In this document: in pieces, positions 51,661 to 61,290 of the stretch
Position numbering within the stretch: position 1 is the first letter of the stretch
Layout: every line of letters starts with the position of its first letter
DNA from: Ylistrum balloti
Taxonomy: Eukaryota
NCBI RefSeq assembly: GCF_031769215.1
Contig: NW_026781977.1
Coordinates: 434,001-498,000, forward strand
Direction: 5' to 3'
DNA length: 64,000 nt
Notes under the pieces: generated by a model
Told to the model about the DNA's origin: nothing
What the model saw: only the letters and a program-made list of their open reading frames with translations
The model's database searches: none
Position numbers and translations under genes: made by a program

Positions 51661-53086
51661 TTCTTGCACGAAAATCGTGATAAAGCTGTCTAAGAAAAGA
51701 CCGAGATAAACGGTTGATGTATAAGAATCTGTCTTGTCTTGTATTTCCAATTCTGGTGGAATGAAAAATAAATTCATCATTTACTAAAGACTTAGTAAAC
51801 GACAATATATGACAGAATTACTGACTTTTGGATGTCGAAGTAACTTGGTAACTTCTTTGTCAGATAATTTGTATATGCGATTTTTCCCCTACAAACGTTA
51901 AAACTGATGAGTCCAAGACTGTTCACATTGGCTCTCCTTGCTTCGTCTCAATGGGTACCGATACTATTCTTACAATGGATCATGTAATGAGAAAAATCTT
52001 AGAATGTGTGACGCCAATTGTAACATCTTAATTCTCATTTTCCGTGTTTATTTTTATTTCGTCTTACACTCATAGAGTAATAAAATGAAGCAAAGTAAAG
52101 TATTGTTTTTGGTAATCTGTTGGTTTCATATTAAAATAACACTTCCTTTTTTCTGAAATCCAAATGCTTTAAACTGAAAATTTGTCCTAGTTCATAGACA
52201 CGTCTTTGTAAAGCACGCGTCAATTCAATGACTTCTCCTCGTACATTGGTAGTGCAGCAGTAGCTTTGCAAGCCAGACATCAATATTTGATGCCCCCCTC
52301 TCATCCCATCACGAACACATAAGTGTCCAACTCTGTTCAGTAATGCCCCATCACCTAACCTTGGCGTCATGGATAAAAGTCCAAGATTACGGGAACGTTA
52401 ATAAAGTTAGTGAGGATCCATCTGTTAGTATGAGTGAAAAAAAGTATCGGAGGAATGAGACATACCATGTCGGCTTTTATCACTATAAAATTTTGATAAA
52501 ATTACATATGAATAAATGCCTTAAATTAGCACAAGATGTGCTTAATAACTCTTGACAACGTCGTTATCTTGTTTATATTGAGGTGCAGACAGAAGTGAGG
52601 GTATGTAGTATTTTTTCTGTGTAAATTATATAATCATAACATATTACTATATCAAATTTTCTTTTAAGCAGAATATCCTGTAATCTCTTAATATATATAT
52701 ATATAACATATTTTCAGCACTTCGTTATTGTTTAACTGAATTAAGAATCATGCCCCTATATCACATTCTTGCATTTTCAGTTTCAAATTAATTGTGTGTT
52801 GTCCGTCATTTTGGCGTCATGCTGACCTACTCCACGTCAACCCCTTGCACGTCACCGCGGATAATGTACACTGCAGATTATATCAATAATTTAGATGATA
52901 AGATGATGAATAAGACACAGAAACATTTTGAAATAATATACGACCCTGTATAAACGAGTCGGATTTATTCATATATCATTTTTGGTATATTAAAGAAGTT
53001 AGGAGTGGATTTCTTTGTTAAACGTTGAATCAACATATATAAATCTATATATTCTTCATTATAAGTTTATGCTTTTTTTGTTACAT

Positions 53087-53088
53087 AA

Positions 53089-53131
<43 letters not shown>

Positions 53132-53133
53132 AT
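53087..53133. repeat. (AAAT)n microsatellite
   Basis: Visible directly; shorter tracts also occur near 7305-7340 and 7470-7493. Confidence 0.9.
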
Positions 53134-54899
53134 GATATATATGTAAGAAATAGGCATGTTTAAACACACGTAATGCAGTTTACGTGCCTGTTGAACATGT
53201 AGTCAGTTACAGCAGGCATCAGACATTGAATACATAATTTGTGTCATTTGAAACCCCGTTCGAGTTGTATTGATTCTGAGATCAAGTTCTATGCACCATT
53301 ACGGACACTGTAATAACTGGTGGCATTGACATCCAGCCAACACAAGTTCGTATGATTATCATCAATCTCCGATCTCTGTAACAAACAAACCATTCCAGAT
53401 TATCTATGTGCTTTCTTTATCGTTTAATGATGTTTATTTCACAGTTCTTTTTATTTACCTCGTGTGGGCCCTAATGAACTTTTCCTTGCTGATTGGTCGT
53501 TAAGACAAAAATGGACTTTAAAATAAAAAGCAAAACAAAACAAACAAACGCACAAACACACAAACACACAAACAAAACAAAAAAAAAAAACCAAAAAAAA
53601 ATCCATAATATTCTTATCTTATTCTATTCGAAGAATATTTTTTCAAGTGTTCGTCCAGCATGATTTTTTAAACAAAATCATCAATGTCTACCGTCAATTT
53701 CGACGTAACTGTTCATATCCCAAACATTCCGCCAGAAGATGTATTTAAATTTGACAGAATCAAGAATATGTAACCGGCAACCTCCTCAGGAGGAGGCCAT
53801 GTATTTATTTATATTGTTTTAGTATCTACTGTAGTAAAGACACACGACTGTTTAAAACGTGGCTTAAATAGATCCAAAAATGCTACTCTACAGAAGTCGG
53901 TAGGTTTATAAGGATATTACATAATACTCAAGTGTAATATTATTTTGTTTGTTTTACAAAGACTAACGTCCTCAAAAACAGCCGGTGTCCAGAGGAACAC
54001 GAAGAGATGAAGGTTAAGAATGAATATAGAGGAAAGGAGGTGAAGCTCGATATTAAAGTGTCACTTTACTTTTCGTCAGGGGAAAACAGCGGAGAAAACC
54101 ATGATTATGCAGGAGACCTACTTTTATTCTCCTACAAATACGCAATAGAAAAAAAATTACCCATATTCTTGGATTCCCTGATGCCCTCTTTATAGAAGAC
54201 ATCGGAGACCATATCACCAATTCGCAAGGGGTGTCCTACAATTAGTAATCTCTTACGACATGTAATAAATGGCAGCAGGCATATTCTTCACTCGCTTCTG
54301 CTAACATTCTATAGTAAGGTGACAATAAATGTCCTCATGTCGATCTAAGATGGCCATTATCATAATAATGTTGGTAGTGATACTCATTCTTGTATTGTCA
54401 GGATGAAGGTTAATGTCACAGTTTGGTATTATGACAGCTGCATGATAATTAATACGTATGCTTCTCATCTAACCCTTAAGTGTACAATTTTTGTAAGCTA
54501 TTGAAAGATAGGTAAGTGATCAGTTGATATCCTATTGGAAAGCAAGCGTTTTATTCTATTATTTTGCTATTTTACAGTCACCTGACACAAATATATGAAA
54601 GATGATGGTACAAAAATTGAATTCCGCCAAATTTAAAAAGAAAAACCTAAACCTATCAAAACATCATTGGTTGTATTGCTTGCAATGTCATGTTTGACTG
54701 TTACAGTTTTAAGACGTGGCTATGAAATAAGACATCACTAAAATGCTGAGGAATATAACTATAAAATTCTTTTAAAAGATTCAATTATTAAGCAATATCT
54801 AATATTCGTTTAAGTTATTAGTTTACCTCGGAGATAAACAAGTCCCAACACTTGTACGAGGCGGGGCTAGAAAATACCATGATGTTGATATAATAATAA

Positions 54900-55090
54900 T
54901 CTAAACTCTAATTTAATAATTCTCGGTAAAAGTGCTAACAAAAGAAATAAGAAACGGAGACTCCAGAGGATTTCGGAAGAATAAGCGTCTTCTTCATCGA
55001 CGACATCTGCCCAATCAGTAATGTCACGTTTCCGAACGAGGACAAGGTATACAACGGAACTGACAGGCAAACGTAGGAGCATCAAACACG
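54900..55090 (-). mobile_element. PLE 3'-tail copy
   Basis: ttcggaagaataagcgtcttcttcatcgacgacatc...gtaatgtcacgtttccgaacgaggacaaggtatacaacgg. Confidence 0.65.
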
Positions 55091-56024
55091 TGGAGCTTCA
55101 TACTGCACAGGAAAACAAATAGTCTTAATGAGATTAATTTACAGACTCGTTAATATACTTTTTACCCCTGACTAAAAGATAAGTACACGCTATAATGAAT
55201 TGTAACATAATGAGAATAGAAATAATTGCTGTTTATAGAGATTAGCCGGGTTTCAGGTTTTAGATAATAGAATTAGGTAGATCTGGTAGTAGATAAATGA
55301 CGTCATCATTGACCTTGATTGATGGATGATATGACCAGACTGGGAAACAACATAACAGACCATCTTTAAGACACTCTCGTGTCGAAGAAACATTTCCAGA
55401 GTAGATCGGTTTTGTTGAGGTCACGAACTGGAACGAACATTTTAGCACTTCATTGCCAATTATGAAACGAATTGTTTGTCCATTGATTTGAAATATCAAT
55501 GTTTTTTTTCTTTTTAGCTATTTTCTGCTTTAACAGGGATTTTATTTGGCATGTTTTGTCCCAAGGTAATACGAGATTGAAAACGCCGGTATGCCGTTTT
55601 TTTCCCACTACAATTTAGTTTATTAGCCCAGAGATGTCCATTATGTTAAACCAATCATTAAGAAAGATGTGTTTTTATCTGTTGGGTTTTTAGTGGGTTT
55701 TAGTTGATTTTCAACTACGGTTGCAGCGGATGTGAAGGACGATAGATTTCAGTATTACCATCTGGTCATTGACATGTCAACTAGCAGTATCAATTGACAT
55801 TTGTATTGGATAATATCCATGTATGTTCTCTTTAATGATTATCGTGCATAAAATCCTATTTAGACAAAAGTGCCGTTCTTGAGATTAAATTAAAGACAAT
55901 TTGTAATATTGACCTTAAAGTATATCTACAATTGTTGAATGAATGCCCATCACATACGATACACACTGTCTTCATATTTTTAATTGCGAGGAGTAAGTTT
56001 ATATTAACACAGGTATTTTCATTA

Positions 56025-56385
56025 TTTTAATGGTTAAAAATAAGTCAAATGAAACAGGTAATCTTCATAACTTTAATGGTCAAAAATAAGCATATTGATA
56101 CATATTATCGTCATAATTTTAATTTCCAAACAAAATTTAAATGATATAGGTCACCTTCATCAATTTAATGGCCAAAATACATATGCATTAATACAGATTA
56201 TCTTACATTATCCTAATAATGCAGGTCATCTTCATAATTTTGATGGACAAAAATATATCTGTATTGATACAAATTATTTTAATATTTTTAATGGCCAAGA
56301 ATAAGTCTAATGATACAGGCAATTTTCATAATGTTAATGACTAAGAAGTATGTATTGTTAAAGCTTATTTTCATAATTGTGATGC
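56025..56385. repeat. ~46-bp highly diverged tandem repeat
   Basis: Recurring aatgg(c/t)caaaaataag...tgatacaggtaatcttcataatttt. Confidence 0.6.
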
Positions 56386-57312
56386 CTATCTCTTAAAAAT
56401 GCCACAAACACCGAAAATAAGATGTTAGAAGTTTATGATTGAACTTTAAACTATTCAACTACCTTAGTTTAGTATTTATTGTTGATTAAAATACACAGCT
56501 TTGCAGGCAAACATCAAACTACCATATTGCGCGCTGATCTCTATTTTATTTAAGATATTAATTCCATTAAAAGTTGAATGTTTATTTTTAAATTTCCCAT
56601 ACATCTTACTGTCCAGTGCACAAGTTTTCTTCAGATCAAAGTCAGGTCTATAATGCCTTCCATCGTTATTTCTTTAATGGTACGCTTTAGACATTACTGT
56701 GGCTACACTCATATCGTCATAATACACATTGATGCCTTTCATTTTTCTGTAGATAATACTTCTTTCTAAGATGAGAATCACAAAAGCACCTACTGACTAA
56801 TCAATGACTAATCAATATTAGACAATATCAGATGAAATGGGCAACATTATCAAAAGACCGCCACGAGGAACTGCATATAAGTCCTTCCTTTCACCATATT
56901 TTTGCATTGTCTTATTTGGAACACAAGACAACGGTTATCGTTTCGATGGACCAAATTTTCCAAATTTTCTATTGCGGCATAGATTTAGCAAAAACAGTTT
57001 TGTTAATTTCCTATATTTTTTCAACCATATATATTGTTATCCGGATCAGCGAATGAGTCCTTTTCAACAGTAAAATCAACCACATAGAAAATAACTCGTT
57101 TGCAATGCCGTTATTTACAAGCATAATCAAATGCGGAAAGTCGACACTTCCTTTTTCTTGTTTGTGGTTTTATCAACTAAAAGAAGCAACAAAAGTTGTA
57201 AATTTGGTGGATAATACAAGTATTATATGAACTATCAACTGTTTGAGGTCGACACTCTTTCTCATGACTTTCCCTGTTTATGTCTTGTAAGACCCTTGCT
57301 GTTGAAGCATTA

Positions 57313-57972
57313 CTGAACATTCGTATAAGCCTTTCTCCTATTGTCATACTGGACACTCTTCCTCGTATAAGCCTTTCTCATGATGTCTTTCTGGACACCT
57401 CCTCGTATAACGTTTGCTCATGATGTCTTACTGGACACCTCATCGTATAACGTTTGCTCATGATGTCTTTCTGGACACCTCCTCGTATAACGTTTGCTCA
57501 TGATGTCTTTCTGGACACCTCCTCGTATAACGTTTGCTCATGATGTCTTTCTGGACACCTCCTCGTATAACGTTTGCTCATGATGTCTTTCTGGACACCT
57601 CCTCGTATAACCTTTGCTCTTGATGTCTTTCTGGACACCTCCTCGTATAACCTTTGCTCTTGATGTCTTTCTGGACACCTCCTCGTATAACGTTTGCTCT
57701 TGATGTCTTTCTGGACACCTCCTCGTATAACGTTTGCTCATGATGTCTTTCTTGACATGTCTTTCTGGACACCTCCTCGTATAACGTTTGCTCATGATGT
57801 CTTTCTTGACACCTCCTCGTATAACCTTTGCTCTTGATGTTTTTCTGGACACCTCCTCGTATAACCTTTGCTCTTGATGTCTTTCTGGACACCTCCTCGT
57901 ATAACCTTTGCTCTTGATGTCTTTCTGGACACCTCCTCGTATAACCTTTGCTCTTGATGTCTTACTTGACAC
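57313..57972. repeat. 40-bp minisatellite, ~16 units
   Basis: tgatgtctttctggacacctcctcgtataacgtttgctca and a cctttgctct variant. Confidence 0.95.
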
Positions 57973-58679
57973 TTATTATATGTAATTCAGCATTCAATAC
58001 AACATGTAATACGCGAAAAGAAAGAAAAATCTAACTTTTATTAACTAAGGAGATCATAAATTGATGTACGTCAAGATGTCTGTTATCTCTTGTCAAATAT
58101 TTAGTGTTATCGGTTCAACTTTGTCGATCTCTTATATGCACAGAGTAGTTGTATTTTCGTAACAATATGCTTATTCAATTATCATCAACAATCTAGCTTT
58201 AATTTGAGTCTAGGTTATCCTTTACTGCCACATAGGGACACATGATCAAGTTATATCAATTATGCCTTTGTCTGTGTTTGCCAAAGTTTATCAATTGACA
58301 TGGTACAAAAATCGCTTCTGTATGATACTCAAGAGAAAAACTTGTCTGGTTTTAGTTCGTTGGAAATGTCTTGTGTTTTAATACGAATTGCTCCTTTATG
58401 AACCCTCCGCATTGTTAAAGGTTAATAGCCTTTGTACCACCGTACTTAATTTTGTCGGCGCTTCGTACTGTTATTTAGGAGAACATAGTCACTGTAACCT
58501 GCATGGCACGTTTTAATTAATTCAAAATGTGGCACGGATCAGAATCTACACATGTACTTTACGCTGTTAATTACCATATATATGATTGGATTATAGGGCT
58601 AGTGCAACTCCCCATCTATAATTGAACTTTCCATTGGATTTCCCTCACTCGCCTTCTAGGTTTCAACTTCAGGTCATTC

Positions 58680-58722
58680 GCTTCACTGATGAGTCCTTAG
58701 GGACGAAACAGCTGTATGATGC
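58680..58722 (+). ncRNA. Minimal type I hammerhead ribozyme with intact core
   Basis: gcttca-CTGATGA-gtcc[ttag]ggac-GAAA-c[agct]g-TA|tgatgc: canonical CUGAUGA/GAAA core, 4-bp stem II, short stem III forming the palindrome ACAGCTGT, GUA cleavage triplet, stem I with 5 of 6 pairs. Confidence 0.8.
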
Positions 58723-58983
58723 AGTTTCGTTAATTATTTGCCTCTATTGTATCTAACTCTAAAGTTGTATTGCTGTTCACTTATGTGTCTTTTGCAAAAG
58801 CTTTGCAGCGTATTTCTCCTTTCTTGTAGGCCGTTTAGATCGAAAAAACACACTTACTCATCACAAACACTTACATAACTTTAAATAACCATAGTTGTTG
58901 ATAAAACGTTAACCAGTAAAACAAACAAAGCACTTATTTGTGTCTGTAGATAGTGCAAAACAAAACGCAACTATCACTTTCAA

Positions 58984-59143
58984 GAGCCGCGTTGACATTT
59001 GGTTAATGCGTCCGATATCTTTATCAATAACCCTCAACCTCTGGGTCGCAGATTCGAGGCCTACCTTGGACAGTCGTCAGGAACTGGCCGCAGGTTCGTA
59101 TTTTTTCTCCGAGAATTCCACCACCCAAAACTGGCACATCCTT
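58984..59143 (+). mobile_element. Second copy of the same SINE family
   Basis: gagccgcgttgacatttggttaatgcgtccgatatctttatca..gattcgaggcc (B box)..gccgcaggttcgtattttttctccgagaattccacc aligns by eye with 48764-48925. Confidence 0.7.
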
Positions 59144-59202
59144 CAGTGATATGAGGAAGAGAAAGCGAAAGAAAATACCAACATGGCACCATGATCATAA
59201 TC

Positions 59203-59570
59203 TTAAATTCAATAAAACTAAGTTTTTTTGTTTTTTTTTTCATAAATGACTCCCGAAAAAGTACAAAGAGAATATCATCATGTGTTCCGGACGAATACGC
59301 GTCTTCTGCTTTATTGACGACACCCGCCAGGTAAATCTTGGTCAATCCCAGTAAGTAATGACACATTCTCAAATGAAAACAGGGTATACATCAATGGGAC
59401 CAACAGACAAAATAACGAGCATCAAACACGTTCAACCCTATGTCGCAAAAAGAAATTAGATATTTTTTTCAAATGAGATCACTATGACGACGGTAAAACT
59501 TCTTGATCATTTTCATCACCCTGTATTTTTTGAAACCCTGTGTTTGTCGGTCAGTTGGCGATTTCGAAAA
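59203..59570 (-). mobile_element. PLE 3' fragment (thumb end plus tail)
   Basis: The minus strand reads QGFKKYRVMKMIKKFYRRHSDLI. The + strand carries the tail motif gttccggacgaatacgcgtcttctgctttattgacgacaccc and the end motif aaattcaataaaacta. Confidence 0.8.
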
Positions 59571-59846
59571 CCGTGTTAATGGGAGCAGGACTTTGAATAT
59601 CAAATTATTTGACACATGTAAACATCTTAAGTTGGGAGCACAGGTTTGTTGCTATCCAGGAATGGGAAATATATGAACATATATCTTGGTGGAAAGTTGT
59701 CCATGTTGCTCTCTTAGCCTCTTATGAAAACACAAATAAGTAGGCCAACATTTGGGAAAAGTGTCATAGGTATGCCTATAATTTGTTAGAAGATCATAAC
59801 ACCAATCTCATCGAAGACAAAACAACGGCTTATGAAACTGACTATC

Positions 59847-60516
59847 AGAGACTGGTTGTTCTAGCTAGAAACAGGTGCCAGGACAAGGTTGTTCTTGCTA
59901 GAGACAGGCGCGGAGACAAGGTTGTTCATGCTATAGAGAAAAGGTGCCGAGACAAGGTTGTTCTTGCCAGAGACAGGCGCGGAGGCAAAGATGTTCATGC
60001 TATAGAGAAAAGGTGCCGAGACAAGGTTGTTCTTGATAGAGACAGGCGCGGAGGCAAAGATGTTCATGCTATAGAGAAAAGGTGCCGAGACAAGGTTGTT
60101 CTTGCCAGAGACAGGCGCGGAGACAAGGTTGTTCATGCTATAGAGAAAAGGTGCCGAGACAAGGTTGTTCTTGCTAAAGAGAAAAGGTGCCGAGACAAGA
60201 TTCATCCTGCTATAGTAACAGTAACAGGCGCGGAGACCAGGTTAATCCTCCGATAGAGACAGGTGCCGAGACCAGGTTGATCTTGTTATAGAGACAGGTG
60301 CCGAGACCAGGTTGATCTTGCTATAGAGACAGGCGCCAAGACCAGGTTGATCTTGCTATAGAGACAGGTGCCGAGACCAGGTTGATCTTGTTATAGAGAC
60401 AGGCGCCAAGACCAGGTTGACCTTACTATAGAGACAGGCGCCGAGACCAAGTTAATCTTCCGATAGAGACAGGTGCCGAGACCAGGTTGATCTTACTATA
60501 GAGACAGGTCCCGAGA
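59847..60516. repeat. 34/35-bp minisatellite, ~19 units, two sub-arrays
   Basis: The left part is a 69-bp dimer (gagaaaaggtgccgagacaaggttgttcttgcca + gagacaggcgcggagacaaggttgttcatgctata). The right part is the 35-bp unit gagacaggtgccgagaccaggttgatcttgctata. Confidence 0.95.
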
Positions 60517-60559
60517 AAAGGGTCTACTTGCTCTTCTGTCGATGGTTACAAGTGATGGA

Positions 60560-61290
60560 CAATTTGATCTTCGATAAATTTAGCCTCTTATTAAAACAAA
60601 AACAAGTCAGCCAACATTGGGCTACAATTAGTTCCAATAGCTATTTTTCTAGTCTGTGGGAAGATATCTAAACTGGACAAATATGTTGTCGACCAGAAAC
60701 TCGATCATTTGCATAATTTCGTCCACCGGAAATGATTTGGACATATATTTCACGAAATACACTTCAATATAGTTCAGGGTGGAAGAATCATGTGCTCTAA
60801 CATGACGAAAGGTTTTAAGAAGAGGATGTTGAAGATATATTGATCAAAAGCTCTTTGGAGTTTGCTAAGAATGGTAATTAGTAGTTTTGACAAAGGTTTA
60901 GCTGAGCACCTAGACAAGCCCGCAATAAAATGTAGTTTATATTGATTCTTGTTAAGTTCAGAAATCCGATATAAACAAGGGAGGCCCGTATCCTTATCAT
61001 TGATAGGCAATCTAAATGATAGTTATACCGAAACAAACATGATAAGCCAGTGTTATTTCTTTGGAAACATTGCATAATGTTTATGTGGGGTTTCCTTAAT
61101 TATCAAACGATCCGAGCTCTTTTTGTATACATGGAATGTCTGTAGATGATGACAAAATTATTGGACGCCTTATCGGCTTGCACAACAACATACATGTCAT
61201 GTAGTTTTATTAGTGTGGAAAGAGGAATGGTGACATTTTTTTTTCATTTTTGTTGTCAAGCTGCAAATTATCTTAGAAATGATGGGCCGA
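60560..61290 (-). mobile_element. Decayed Penelope-like element: N-terminal half of RT
   Basis: Ordered motifs across stops and frameshifts: LHDMYVVVQADKASNNFVII, KELG..GNPT, LPCLYRISELNKNQYKLHFIAGLSRCSAKPLSKLL (ORF 60774..61010), MIEFLVDNIFVQF and IGTNCSPMLADLFLF. Confidence 0.9.

Noticed and set aside
51904-51920. CTGATGA-gtc-caa-gac hammerhead-like start
   Set aside because: Not followed by GAAA or stems III and I. A similar incomplete case near 28473-28510 also lacks stem I.
57538-57972. 144-aa and 104-aa ORFs
   Set aside because: Read-through of a 40-bp repeat whose period is not a multiple of 3; no coding context.
9268-59570. Apparent minus-strand bias of PLE tail copies
   Set aside because: Small sample, and my by-eye search was biased toward one orientation of the motif.
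59783-60256. 157-aa (+) and 114-aa (-) repetitive ORFs
   Set aside because: Products of the 69-bp dimer of a minisatellite lying in a PLE tail. The KR/RR pairs do not form a precursor and there is no signal peptide.
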